Position numbers and translations under genes: made by a program. From NCBI GenBank assembly GCA_027604505.1, contig JADIIX010000001.1, positions 496,001-560,000 on the forward strand: a stretch of DNA of 64,000 bases. Direction: 5' to 3'. Position 1 is the first letter of the stretch, and each line of letters starts with the position of its first letter. Origin of the DNA: Gonapodya sp. JEL0774 (taxonomy: Eukaryota). Shown here piece by piece: positions 24,319-36,863 of this stretch. The notes below the pieces were generated by a model. It was not told the DNA's origin and did not search any database. It saw only the letters and a list, made by a program, of their open reading frames with translations.

Positions 24319-26433
24319 ATGTGTAGCTCCATGCGATCATTGCGATCTATGCCATCGCTGCCATTCGTCTCAATTGGCGTGCGATTTTCCAGCGGAATCG
24401 TTTCCAAGGCACGTCCCCACGGTGTAGACATCACTCCAGGTTCATCGGCGGCACTATCGCACGCCTCCCGCCGACCTTTCAGCAGTGTTTCCTCGACCTC
24501 GACCTCCTCTCCGTTGAATCCATCAGTTCCACTCTCTGATCCTTCTCCCTTTCTCTCCAAGTTCAAGACTTCTTTGATCTCGTCGGGACCTCAAGTTGCC
24601 AGAGCACTTCTCTTCGCCGCTCTGTTTTCGAAATCTGTACCACTCCACATTCTTAGCCAGGCAAGACTGCTGCTGCTTAGGGACATATTGGACGAATTCG
24701 CATATGAAGGTGCGTGAAGGGGGTCTGGGAGTCTCAGGGGAGGATGGACACACTCCCACTTCATGATCTCGTTTCCTATCATTGACAGGTCCTGAGTCGG
24801 CAACGGATCTCTGGAATTTGACGCGTGCTAAGGGGCTCCCCGCTGGTACGTTCGCTTGGGGTGGTGCAACATGTCCAAACCAGGGTGGTAAACCGTCCCA
24901 ATTGTCCATCCACCAGACCCCGACTCCCTCGCCCTCCTCTGTGCCGCCCTCTTTGAATCCCTCCGCTGGCAAGAAGCGCTCATGCTCTGGACAGCCACCG
25001 TTCGAAACGGTGATGTTATTGCGGAGGAATTGGGCGTACCTTTCGGGAATGACGTAGAGGATGACGTGCTGGACGGTCTTGGAACACAACCGCCCGTTGC
25101 AGAGGACCTCGTAGCAACGGAAACATGGAACGTGGAGATAGACAAGTGTGAGCTCGGCTGACTGCCAAACTACACTTGTGTGTTACCCGAGTTTCTACTG
25201 ACATACCTCCTTGCCGACGCAACCACCAGATCTCGTCCGCCTCCTCGCCGAGGGACTAATCCGAGCAACACGTCCCGACGAAGTCGTCAAGCTCTTTGGC
25301 GTTGTTCAGCGAGAACCATTCGGAATGGACATGGATGTGGAGGACTTGTGAGTGATGCTCTCTCCAGATGTCAGACAATTCACGGAAAGGAACATCTGTT
25401 CGAGCGTATCCACCACCCCGCAACACTCGTACGCGCACGCACACAATACGCCGCTCACCACAAACTCGTTGCCAGCACTCTACTCCTCTCCGCCCTCTCG
25501 CTTGTCCCGGAACCCAACCCTGCTCATCCCACCCCCGCCTCCGTCCTTGAATCACTCCACACGCGTGGTCTCTCACCGACTCCATCCTTCTGGGCATCTC
25601 TCCTTTCCGTCCACCTGCGGCAGAATCAGCCGGGTCTGGCCCTCTCCGTCCTCGAAACGCATGTTGCTTCGGACCCGTCGCTGAATCCAGAATTACCGAG
25701 CACGGCTCGTGTGTGGAATACAGTAGTGGCAGGGTTCGCTCAGGCGGGGGACATTCCGGGTGCACTTGACGTGGTGGACAAAATGAGGGAACGCAAGTGC
25801 CCTCCAGACGCAGTCACAGTGCGCGTGGTTATCGACGCAGCAGCAGCAAGGAGGCCACGTGATCCTGCAACTGTAGCGTGGTGTTGGGAGCGCGCTGCAT
25901 TGGAAGAAGGAACCACTGGCGCTTTGGCGGTCCGACTTGAGTCCCCACGAGACGACCGGTACGTGCGACTCGTGCTTGCATCAGTCGCAGCGTCAGCTGG
26001 TCAAGATGCAGCGAGCGAGGTGAAGCGTGTTTGGGGGTCACTGGGCGACGCAGGATACTCCCTCGACGAGTCCTGTCGCGTCGCTTATACGGAAGCGCTC
26101 CTCACGGCGGGAGATACACGGGCAGCAGCGGATGCCGTGAGGGCCATGGCAGCGTTGGGCATCGATGCACGTGATGGGTGGCTTGAGCAGGCGGGACCTG
26201 ACCTTGGGTCGGGCAGTGTGGGTGCGCTAGATTCGGACGCTGACTTTCCATCAATCCCTGCCGTGGAACATGTGGTGGCTCGTGTGGTGTCAAAACTTGT
26301 CGGTGAAGGGAACGTTGACGAGGCTGACAGAGTGATCTCTGTGGTCAGGGAGTACATGCCTGGCGTGTTTGAGCTCGTGGGTTCGAATGTGGAAGGAGTT
26401 TTGCGAGGAAAAGCCACAAAAGGTGGTAGTTAG
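24319..26433 (+). CDS. Pentatricopeptide-repeat (PPR) protein, probably mitochondrial
   Basis: Arg/Ser-rich N-terminus MCSSMRSLRSMPS...; PPR-like repeats including VWNTVVAGFAQAGDIPGALDVVDKMRERKCPPDAVT and FWASLLSVHLRQNQPGLALSVLE. Confidence 0.75.
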
Positions 26434-27169
26434 TGTGCTGGAATGTGGCGGTATGGGCCAAGTGGGGTCAGATTACTTCCCTTGTGAGTGAAGTATTGAT
26501 AGTATAGATTGACATCACATAATGTCAGCTTGGCATTAGATGATGCTGGTGACAGCGTCTGTGAGAATTCAATTTATTGCACAAGTTCTATAACGAGTTT
26601 GCAATTCAGACCCACAAGCTTGCTTCCTTTAAAACATGACGTAGAACAGCATGCGTAGCACTATATGTTCGATTAGTTTTCACCTTAGATGAGGACTACT
26701 GAAAGCGAGTAAAAAAATAAGAATTCTACCCCCACTCCTATTCGTCGGAGCGAGAAAGACTGCTGCCGTGTTATCTTTCCGGTGTTATACTTTGGGACTA
26801 TGAACCGGAACATGACACAGATTTGTTGGTCGAATGATGTGTCTGCCGGTCCAAACATATGGTACTGATTGGCATAATGCGGGTACGATTATGATAATGA
26901 TACTCGCACTAGTACTCATATATCGCACAGTTTGGGCAAACATTCCTTGTCTCTAACATAAGTACTCAACTGATTCCCCTCTCGGAGATCATAGAGCCTA
27001 CTCATTTTCACCAGCACTGAGAGAGCGCCACTTGTCTCTCTCAGGTATGACAGTGAGATGCCAATTCGGCGTAAATGTCTGTGTCATTGGTGAATCTTCT
27101 AGCAATCGTTACTACAATTACTTGACGATGGTGGTACTCTCGTTGCACTCAACCACAAGACAACACAAC

Positions 27170-27840
27170 ACTAAATACATTTGTATTTGGGGTTTGTGAT
27201 GTGATGACTTCTGCCACTCCGGCATCAATGCCAGGTATTCGTCCAGGTGTGCCCCGAGGAGGCAGTCACCGTGTAACCCGCCCACACATGTAACGAAACT
27301 ACATCACCAAAAGAGCGGAATTGACCGCAAGGTACTCACAAGCCGCCCCGCCAACCTCTTTTGAAGGGCCTCGCCGGCCAGCCAGATGACGGCGGATCCA
27401 CCTAGCAAGCTGGTGGGGCCCCCACCACCGCTCCGTAACGCAGGCTGTTTCTCCGGGAGCGCTCTGTTGGTTGAAGGGCTGTCTCCCCGCGTGAAATCTG
27501 TCGACTACCGGAGGCGAGGAAAAGGGACATGGGGAAGGTCCGGCAAAACAGCATGACAGAGGAAGGCGTCAGAGACAGGAGATACACCCAAGAGTGTCAT
27601 CACAATGTGAAGGACAGCGAGGTAGGTGAAGAAAATCGGTCTCTTGGTGAGAAAGCAGCCAAAACGCGAGAGCATGCAACAGAATGAAAACACGCCCATC
27701 AGCGGCGGAACGCTCCAATCCACGTTCTAGACCCCAGTAAACCTCTTGCAACATCGTCTGAGAGGCAGCCTACTCACCTGCGTCTCAAGGCCAAGCTTCC
27801 TCGAAGTGTCGATTTGATGGAGAATTTTGGAATTAATTTG
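27170..27840 (-). ncRNA. Candidate spliced non-coding transcript (lncRNA/snoRNA-host-like)
   Basis: Strong minus-strand donors CAG|GTGAGT (27777) and T|GTGAGT (27339), a pyrimidine tract with TAG acceptor (27505), hairpins, and no credible ATG-initiated protein. Confidence 0.3.
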
Positions 27841-28122
27841 GTTGCCAGGCTGTGCCACATCTATCCCACAAAGAACTTGACGTTCGTACTATTGTTGAGT
27901 ATTTATCACTGCACACGTCGATGACATTAAGAACAAAATAACTATCACCATACTGAAGTCAGCACCGCAGTGGCATCTCATGACTGCATGAAAAAAGTTG
28001 AGTGGCTCTCTTAGTCGTAGAAGTGAAACTGAGTACAGTCTCCATCCATTCCGCACCAGGCTTGAGATTAAACTTCACTCCAGCGTCCTTTTAATCCCCC
28101 CGTCCCCTCTTGCACTTTGCAA

Positions 28123-29427
28123 TTAGGAGTCTGTTTTGTAATGAAACGTTACTTTCTTTTTGCATGCAGCACACACATCATTCAAGCTTGTCTCAATCTC
28201 ATCAATGCGTCCGCGAAATTCTCCATTTAACATAAACACAAATTTCGTGGCGGTGGTTTGACGGACAATAATGTCCCAACCCTCGCGAAATGTGTCAATG
28301 TAGGAGACTGTGCGCGTCCACATGCGAGCAAATGTTACATGCAGTGTGGACAGTCGTCCGTAGTGATCACGTAAACCAGCACCAACTTGACGCATGGCAA
28401 GAACTGTAAGATTCTCTGCATCCCAGAAATCGCCCGTGAATCTAAGGGACAGTTTGGTGATGCGAGCACTGAGTTCGGGTAAAATTAATCCTTGGTGGTG
28501 AAGGTCCCACATTCCAGGCAGGATGTTAAACACCCCCAAGGAAGTGAGGTTGGGAAGAATCGTTGGGAGTTGAAAGAGAGTAAAATCAACGACTTTATAT
28601 CGGAGGTTGGGTGTCGGAAGGTTCTCAGATTGGAAGTCCTCAATCTGATTAAGCATTTTGAGAGAAGCCGATGCACGCAAGTGTTCAATAAAGTTCTCAG
28701 CCAGTGGCAATGGCTGGACTGTGACTGAGCGGATATTTGGGAAAATGGACAACAGATCATTCACAACTGAAAGCGGCATGCCATTGATTTCCTCGTGGTG
28801 AGGATCAACGAGGGAGGCAGTCTCCACAGACATCATGCCTCCGATATTGAGCGCAGTCCACTTTTGTATGAACTTTTCTGTCACAGTCATCCGAGACGGT
28901 TGTAAGAATAGATGAATGTAACGTGCAACGGTGCGAAAGTTCCCTTGGGAAGGCCAAAGATCCTGGTCATCTCGCAATGAATCAACGATTGCCTCCACAT
29001 TCGGTGGCTCTAAAGCACGCGACCTCGAGGATCGGCTCCAATTTCGACGAATTTCATCATTCAAGAAAGGTGATAAGGGGCCATGAACAGTGTCCGCATT
29101 CGAATCGGCGACGGCGCTGCGAAACGCCGCTCCGGCCATTGAGATAGTTGCCTCGCCACATGTCCACGCTCTTGCAGCCGGCTTTCGTGACATCAGTGGG
29201 ACGAAGTGGGTGAAGATTCTCCAGCCGTCAACCACGGTGCTTCGAAAATCATCCGACCGGGCTGTCAAAGTGACTTGAAAGGGAACCCTACCTTCGGGAT
29301 GAAGGAGAGTTCGCGCGACGAATCGCCAACGCCGGGAGATCAGCTGGACTTTACTGTAGAATATTCGAGGGTTGACAAACAGGAAAATTTCTCGTAGAAG
29401 TTCGTCGGGCAATTTGTGAATTTCCAT
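28123..29427 (-). CDS. F-box protein, intronless, 434 aa
   Basis: N-terminal LPDELLREIFLFV...VQLISRRWRFVA F-box; leucine-rich repeat-like C-terminal half (FPNIRSV, LPNLTSL). Confidence 0.8.
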   Translation of the reverse strand: MEIHKLPDELLREIFLFVNPRIFYSKVQLISRRWRFVARTLLHPEGRVPFQVTLTARSDDFRSTVVDGWRIFTHFVPLMSRKPAARAWTCGEATISMAGAAFRSAVADSNADTVHGPLSPFLNDEIRRNWSRSSRSRALEPPNVEAIVDSLRDDQDLWPSQGNFRTVARYIHLFLQPSRMTVTEKFIQKWTALNIGGMMSVETASLVDPHHEEINGMPLSVVNDLLSIFPNIRSVTVQPLPLAENFIEHLRASASLKMLNQIEDFQSENLPTPNLRYKVVDFTLFQLPTILPNLTSLGVFNILPGMWDLHHQGLILPELSARITKLSLRFTGDFWDAENLTVLAMRQVGAGLRDHYGRLSTLHVTFARMWTRTVSYIDTFREGWDIIVRQTTATKFVFMLNGEFRGRIDEIETSLNDVCAACKKKVTFHYKTDS

Positions 29428-29626
29428 TCTGATTGGAGGTCGGAGGTGGGTGGTCAGGAATGAACACTAGTCAGAAGTGTGGGCGGCAGACGACAGGAAA
29501 CACGAACGCAGCCATTTCACTACTTCATTTCGGGATGGAGGGAATCAGCTAAATATTTCTTTTTTATTAGGTATAAACCTTCACTATATATTAGGCAGAT
29601 CCACGAGGACCTGTTTATCCGTCTCA

Positions 29627-31195
29627 TCATCCAGCAGATCGGCGTATCCACCCTCCAATGGATACTTCCTGCTCCTCTCCCCGCTTACTAATCAAACCAA
29701 TCGGAGCATTCATTCCCTCCTCAAACCATCCAACACACATAGTTGGGGTAGTGTGGGCCCAACTCATGACTACTGTACCTTCGCCACCAGCTTCGGGACT
29801 TCTCTCGTCCGTTTCGGCACTTCTCACTCTGTCCAAGTAATCTTTAGTGACAGCATTTTGCTTTTTGTCGCTAAGAACAGAAGGCGTATACCGTAACACC
29901 ACAGCACCGGCAGAAAGTGGTGTGGTGCAGTGACCGAGGTGGTGATTCTGAAGGAAGTTGCAGCGGAAGTAGGTCTGGAGGGACAGAGGATCTGAAGGTA
30001 CCATCAGGTCTGCTGAGTTGGCGCTTGGCTGGCCAAAATTCGAGTACTTTGACGCATTAGAGTCGTGAAACTCCACAGTTTCCACTGTCGGGGGCAAGGT
30101 CGCAACATGATGGCTTATTCCTTTGGCCAATCCAGCCTTCACAACTTGCTCCCCGGTTCCAGTTGTCGCTACCGCTATCCCACCTGGGCCCATACCGGAG
30201 TTTGGATTTGTCGCCCAACACCCCGCGGCCCACAGTGCTGCCTCACCAACTCTGCCCGGAACTTTCAGACTGATACCACCAGACGACACCGAAGAAGCAA
30301 GGTTTCCCAGGTGATCGAGAGCAAGTGCGCCAACAGTGTCGTGCGTTAGTGGGAGGTCGGAAGGGTTCGTTATCGCAACCTGAGACTCAGAGGGTTGGCG
30401 GGATTGAGCAACTTGCACTATACGGAGGTGACGTGAATGAGTGGCGAGCGACGCAGGTGTTAGGAGGGGGGTATCATCAGGAGAGGACAACGAAATAGAA
30501 GAGAAGGACTCGGCAGAGGAAGAGTAGGAGCCATCATCCCAAGTGTTTTGAGGCTCGACATCAGATTGTTCGTGTGCAGAGTCTTGGTGCGAAGAAGGTG
30601 ATGATGTCCGCCGACGGCGTTTGACGGTCTTCATCGTTTCCCGTGACTTTCGCTTGTTACGATTTGACTTTGTCTTCTCAAAAACCTGCAATCCTGCATC
30701 CTTGCAAAACCTCCACGCTCCCTTCCCTGCCAGCAACATGGGAGGCACCCTCCCTCCCGGTAATGCTCCTGCCGCATCCTGTGCCATAAGCACGTGCGCA
30801 CCGAGAACGGGGTTCTTCACACCTGGGACCGCTCCCAGTGCTCCAAAAGCTCCTGACTTCCCACACATGACGGATGCGTCACACTCGACACGACCATCGA
30901 GGGTGAGGTTCGACCCTGACCCTGCATTTGTTATCGCGTCATCTTCCAGAGCAGCAACAGCGGCGGTGGCGGCCGCAGAGGCTGCTGTGACTACGGCATC
31001 TGTACCCTGAACAGAGGAGTCGCGAGCGGTCAATAGGACTCGCATTCCAGCACGACACGCGGCTTCAACAGCAGCAATGTATCGTTGTCGTTTGGATTCG
31101 TGGTGGAATCCAGCGCCAGCGTGGACGACGATCAGTGGGCGGACGGAGCCAGACATCAACGATGAGGAGATGGGAGGAGGAGACGAGTCTGTCAT
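29627..31195 (-). CDS. TASP1: Threonine aspartase 1 (taspase-1; Ntn asparaginase-2 family), intronless
   Basis: VVHAGAG; NAGSGSNLTLDGRVECDASVM; HD|TVGA autoproteolysis site with catalytic Thr; SSGGISLKVPGRVGEAA; TTGTGE. Confidence 0.88.
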   Translation of the reverse strand: MTDSSPPPISSSLMSGSVRPLIVVHAGAGFHHESKRQRYIAAVEAACRAGMRVLLTARDSSVQGTDAVVTAASAAATAAVAALEDDAITNAGSGSNLTLDGRVECDASVMCGKSGAFGALGAVPGVKNPVLGAHVLMAQDAAGALPGGRVPPMLLAGKGAWRFCKDAGLQVFEKTKSNRNKRKSRETMKTVKRRRRTSSPSSHQDSAHEQSDVEPQNTWDDGSYSSSAESFSSISLSSPDDTPLLTPASLATHSRHLRIVQVAQSRQPSESQVAITNPSDLPLTHDTVGALALDHLGNLASSVSSGGISLKVPGRVGEAALWAAGCWATNPNSGMGPGGIAVATTGTGEQVVKAGLAKGISHHVATLPPTVETVEFHDSNASKYSNFGQPSANSADLMVPSDPLSLQTYFRCNFLQNHHLGHCTTPLSAGAVVLRYTPSVLSDKKQNAVTKDYLDRVRSAETDERSPEAGGEGTVVMSWAHTTPTMCVGWFEEGMNAPIGLISKRGEEQEVSIGGWIRRSAG

Positions 31196-31430
31196 TATCT
31201 ACAGATCGGAGACAGTCCATGAGGAGAAAACCGCGAGAGACCTGAGCCCGTCGCGGCCTAGAAACCCTGCCAGGAACCACTGACCACCCGGAACAACTTT
31301 GACTGAGAGATTCACTCTAACGAGAGACGAGGCAAGACGTAGGCTCTCGAGTCCGTTGTCAGAGAGGGATAGTACTGTGAACCAATGTTTCGAAAGGAAA
31401 TAATTGCCTTTTCTTTATGGATGCATCAAA

Positions 31431-32785
31431 CTACTTTCCCAACTTCCCGAGAATTCCATCAACCACCCCACCAACCTGACCCACCGGTCTTCGATCAGCC
31501 ATGACTATACACCTCGCAACAACTGCGATTCGCTCTTCGGTAGAAGCGGATATCCACACGCGACCGTTCAAACCCACGGCTGTCTCGAAGGGGAAGCGCG
31601 CGCCGAGAGCGGGCAGGAGAGGGTGGGTGGGGAGGAGGAGACTAATGGGGGCCCGCGTGAGAAAGGATGTGGTAAGCGTATATAAAGTATTTTCCAGAAA
31701 GCAACAGAACGTTCCGTGGATGTTTGCAGTCCGCGGAATAAGGGCCGCGCCAAACAACTTTTGTGATTGTTCCTTCCCGCCTCGCACGGCAACTCACCTC
31801 CTGGCCATTCCTAAGCTGCAACTTACGACAAAGCCCCCCTTAAGCTCTCCAAATCCCTCTGCCCGACCTGTTGTTTGATCTACGCACTCGAGTTCGGGCT
31901 CCATATCGCGATTAGCGAGAGATACACGAGCGTAAACGAGAGATCCGACCTGTGTTGCAAACAGAAATCAATGAAAATTGGTAGTGTGAAATTATAAGTT
32001 GTCCATCGAAACGAGTGACAGTGACGCAGCCAACACGTAGGTGCACCGTTTGACTGGACTTGTCCAATACTCTCGTTTGCCTCGTTTACCTCCCTCCAGG
32101 AGTTAACAATTCATTGAGAGCTCCACGCGCACAAAAGACACGCGAAAGTCAATTTGGCTGTCTCCTACACGAATAACACATACCTCGAGCGGCGGTCTAT
32201 TCCGTTTGGTCGCCCCCTCGAACGCGAGCGCCGACAATTGGGCCTGGTGTGCTGCCCCGATATCAACGCGAAAGTAGTCTGCTGATTTGAAGGTTACTTG
32301 ACCGACGACGGGTTCGCCTTGGACGGGTACATACTGAAATTACACGGGATGGGACAACAGGGTGAAACAGCAGTATGAGAATGCAGTCCAGTCTGTGTGA
32401 TGATAGATTCCACCTCGCGAGCCCGAACAATTGCGACAAGGAAACCTGAACTCACCCGTTTGAAATTCGAATCAACCCACCACCGTGTGCCGTCTTTGCC
32501 TGCTTGGCAGCACAAAACTCCTGCCTTCACCACCATGATTGACCCATCAAGCTCCCGGTGCAGTCCTGGGCCTATTCGGATCAAAGCTGCAGAGTCCGCA
32601 GTAGAAATGGGGACTTGGTCGCCAGGAATGACGGGTCGGGGTTTGAAGTTGTCCAGAGAAGAGGCATCTGCCATTGCTTCGTCGTCGTCCCATTTCGTAT
32701 GTCGTTTTTGGGCGCCAGAGTTTGCAGAGATGGGAAGACCGGCCGGTGGTGCGCGTCGGGCAGGGAAATCTGTGTCGACCTCCAT
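31431..32785 (-). CDS. RRP40: Exosome complex cap subunit Rrp40/EXOSC3
   Basis: WWVDSNFKR|YVP; FRVDIG; LAFEGATKRNRP; VGSLVYARVSLANRDMEPELEC; FETAVGLNGRVWI. Confidence 0.93.
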
Positions 32786-32941
32786 AGTTTATGAGGCGTT
32801 GTGGTTTGGCAGTCCGTCTTCACCTCTGCGGCCAGTTTTGAACGAACCTCAAGTCCTGTTATGAAATCAATTGAATCAATTGGACCTCTTCTATTGCGAT
32901 CAATACTCCCCTGCCAGCCATCAATCAATAACAAGCTTTGG

Positions 32942-33866
32942 ATGTCAACACTTCCCGAGAAACGAAAACGCGTGCTCTACACAGGGTTGGACCCATCTCT
33001 TAAGCGGCCAGGAGATGGTGCAGAGGAGCTCCGGTCGATTCAGGGAGTCGTCTTTGACATGGGTAAGCAGCCTCTTGTCCCTTCTACCTTTCATCTTATT
33101 TCCTAACTTCCTCCGTCCCGTCCGCCAGACGGAACGTTGACGGTTCCCGTATTAGACTTTAAATTGATGAGAGAGAGGCTGCAGTTGCTCCCCGGACAAG
33201 TGTGTTTATCGAGGTCCACAATATGCATTGTCCCTTGGAATCATATAGTCCCCATTTCTATTGCGGTAGGATATCGTTGAAACTCTCCACTCTTGGTCGG
33301 GAGAGAAGCGAGCATGGGGTGATAAGATTATTCACGAAATGGAAACTGAAGCTATGTGGGCAACTCAAGTGATGCACGGAGCTCAATCAGTTCTCGAGGT
33401 GCTCGAAACGCGCAAGCTTCCAAAAGCAGTGTTGACACGAAACAACCAAAGACCGGTAGACCACCTGCTAGAGTGAGTGATCGTTCCATCTTCTTTAGGC
33501 TGGACCTTCAAAACTTCAAAATTGCATTCGGTAACTGCGCACTGCAGCCACCATTTATCCCACTACTCATTTCACCCCATAGTCACTCGCGACTGGGATG
33601 GCCCTGCAAAACCATCTCCAGCTCCGCTTCTTCACATTGCTCGTGTGTGGGACGTGCCCCCAGTCAATCTGGTCATGGTCGGTGATTCCCTCGACGACTT
33701 GCTCACCGCGCGTGGCGCAGGTGCTGTGTCCGTATTTTTGCACAATGATCACAACGAGAAGTACAGGGAGACTGTTTTGCGACAGGGATTGGCAGACATA
33801 GTTTTAGAAAGTTTGTCCGAGCTCGTGCGATGGCTTGAGGAGGGCTTTTTCGTTGAGAGGGATTAA
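32942..33866 (+). CDS. HAD-superfamily hydrolase (YOR131C-like)
   Basis: GVVFDM|DGTLT (motif I across an intron); VLTRN; IVTRD...AKPSPAP; MVGDSLDD (motif IV). Confidence 0.85.
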
Positions 33867-34111
33867 TTGCCTCCACAAATGCTAAATTATGCAAAGAATA
33901 GACAGCTTATGTATGCCTATACATTTTTTTTTTGAATCGGAGCAAGACCTGTTCTGGCTGGACAGAGTGCAAGATGCACGGCGGACATGTTGGCGGCGGT
34001 TAAATTTCAGGGTTGACCGGATAAATTTGGGTTGTGTTGGACGGCTGAATCCGGATATTGCGAGCTCAAAAGTAGCGTGAGTCCAATCGATCCACCAATT
34101 TCTACACCAAG

Positions 34112-36550
34112 ATGTCTGTTCGTTTTGGTCTCTCCGTTGTTGTCGACCACATCGCAGCGAATCCGTTTACCGCTCTCACTCGCGGAATTGGACTTGTCGC
34201 CCTTGTTTTCCTGGCGAGATTGCTGTACCGGACGTACATATGGAATTACTGGCTCACCCCACTCAATCAGTGAGTTCTGGCCTGACACTAAGTAATTATT
34301 GTGTCGGTTCTTTGGGATGATGCAGGGGATCTGCGCTCATCTGGGCAGCCTGTCGACCACTACACGATCTGCAATTGGAGGTCCTCTTCTAGCGGTCGTT
34401 ATGCTGATGTCATATGTCTTGTTCTCAGAATTCCAGGTCCTCCACCCAAGTATCTATTTCCCCCATTGGGATCTTTCCCAGAGATTATGGCAGAAGAAGC
34501 GTGTTCCCCCCATTATCGGTGGATGCGTCAGTACGCGGAGGACCTTGGTATTGTGAAATATCATACGTTGTTCTTGACACCAGTGAGTGCACTACAACAT
34601 GCCTTGTTCGCTTCCATTGGACTGGTGTCAAGAACAGGTGCTTGCGTCTTCAGCGGGTCATGATCACAAACCCAGACTTAGTTCGGTACATCCTCTCTGC
34701 TCACTCGTACCAGTTCCCCAAGGAACCTGTCAACGGTGACGATCCATTTGACCATTCTCATTATCAGTGTCGAATCATGTCCTTACTCTTTTTATATTAT
34801 TTCTCTCCGAACACACTAGGCCCTCTCAAGAGTATATTCGGCTCCGGGCTACTGTTCAGTGAAGGCGATGTTCATAAGCGCCAACGCCGGCTGCTGAACC
34901 CTGCCTTTTCATACCGCAACGTTCGAGAAATGCTACCCAGTTTTTGGAAGCATTCGTGGACTTTGGCTCAGAAATTGGGCTTGGAGATTGCAATCACACT
35001 GCAAAGCACGTCCCTCAAAGAAGGTCAACCGACGGATAACGGACACACCATCGCCAACAACGACGGGTACACGACTCTAGATATCCATGAGGCCCTGGGA
35101 ATCGCTGCACTGGACATGATTGGAACTGTTGGTTTTGGGTACGAGTTCAATGGCCTTGATGGGGAGGTTAAGCATCTCCGCAATCGCCTACGGCGTCTTG
35201 GCCTTGGCGAAGGTGCAGAGGGAGCGTCCGATTCTTCTACGTCGGCGTCTGCTTTATCCCATAACTACAACAAACTTATGTCGGCTTTTGGACTGTCCGC
35301 GATTGGAGTTTTGTTTTTCGTGATGCCTTTCTTGAGCTACCTTTACAAACCAGAGAGCAGACGAAAGGCAGATGAAGCCCTCCTGGAGATCAATAAATCG
35401 GTGGGGGAGTTGATTCAAATTAAGAAAGAGGCGAGAAAGAAGGTAGCGACCGGAGATGCTGGGAAAGTGGGAAAGGACTTGGTGAGAACCTGAGTCTTGC
35501 TGCTTAGCTACGGGCACTTAATTTCGATATCACTATCTCTGACCTTAAACTGAAAAGATCACATTGCTAATGGACGAAGCGGAATCTGAAGGCACATCCC
35601 TCACGGATGTGGAGTTGAGGGACCAAGTAGGTTTCCCGACCCTGTTGCCACCCTAGTACGTGCCGCAATCGTGTTGAACTATCATCGCAACATGTAGATC
35701 CTGACATTCCTGACTGCAGGCCATGAGACAACTGCCTTGGCAGTTTCGGTGAGGATGCTCAGACCACATGATCGGTATCTCGTGATTCTTAGTTTCGTGT
35801 CTCTATCTCCTCACAGTGGACCCTGTGGCTTCTCGCTCACAATCCGGACATCCAAAAAAAATTGTACTCGGAGCTCTCCACATCACCGCATCTTTCCCAT
35901 CTCCGAACTGCCGCAGCGTCGTCCATTGCCGATCCTTTCAGCTCCGCGTACCCCGATGCTATTTCCCCAGAGAACCTTGACTCCCTACACTACTTGAACA
36001 TGGTCCTGAAAGAGACTTTGCGCCTTATCCCCCCGGCGCCCATGATCTCGACGAGGATAGTACCGGAGGAAATGACTATCTCGGTCTCCAATCGATCATT
36101 TGTGTTACCCAAGGGCACTCCTCTGGTTTTTGCCCCATTGATGAACCACAAGCTCCCCAACTACTGGAAGAAGACTAATTCAAACGGGGAGGAGGAGCCT
36201 TCGGACGATTTGGAGGAGTTCAATCCAGATAGGTGGAATGCTATGAAAGACAGTGGAGACGAAGGTTCTGGCATGAGTGCGGTGTGGCTCCCCTTCAGCA
36301 TGGGGCCCCGTGGCTGCATTGGCCAAAAGCTAGCGATGCTGGAGGCAAAGGTAGGTGGAATGTTGCGTCTGAACTAGGTACTTTAAACAACAGACGCACC
36401 CTGTACCTGTTGTAGGTATTGATTGCTATTATTGTTTCGCGATTTGAGATTGACGCGGTTCCGGAGTATACCGTGAAGAAGAAGCTCCGCGTCACCTGGC
36501 GTCCGGATAGACCTCTCCTGGTTCGCCTGCGGGAGAGGTTCGCTCATTGA
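34112..36550 (+). CDS. Cytochrome P450 monooxygenase, multi-exon
   Basis: N-terminal TM anchor then IPGPPP; HKRQRRLLNPAF; FLTAGHETTA (I-helix); ETLR; FNPDRW; FSMGPRGCIG heme-Cys motif; stop at 36548-36550. Confidence 0.95.
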
Positions 36551-36863
36551 GAATATGGTCACAGCGCTAGTTGGTAATGCACCGTGGTAATGTTTTGATC
36601 GGATTTTGTGGATCTGAATTCGCAGGCATCTCCACTCTCCAGTGTTGCCTTTGTCGATGCAACTAAGTAACCAACTCTGTGTATAAAGCGTGGTATTCAC
36701 GACGCATTGATTGTCCTTTCATCACTAAAATACATGGTCCCAAGAGAAGAAAGGGGTCTGCGGAGACAGTACGTAACTGAAGAGCTACACATTCAAATGT
36801 GAGGTTATCGACAACTGCTTACCTCGCTGTGCGTACGAACGCGACACAAATTGTGTTCAAACA

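Noticed and set aside
27201..27270. Hairpin starting ATGA, considered as a SECIS element
   Set aside because: The 3' arm lacks the GA of the non-Watson-Crick quartet, and I found no in-frame TGA at a Cys position in the adjacent genes.
26434..27850. Telomerase RNA, snRNA, RNase P/MRP or TPP riboswitch in the gap
   Set aside because: There is no CTAACCCTAA-type template and no complete set of diagnostic conserved motifs. GGGAAGGTCCGG at ~27532 has no matching partner region.
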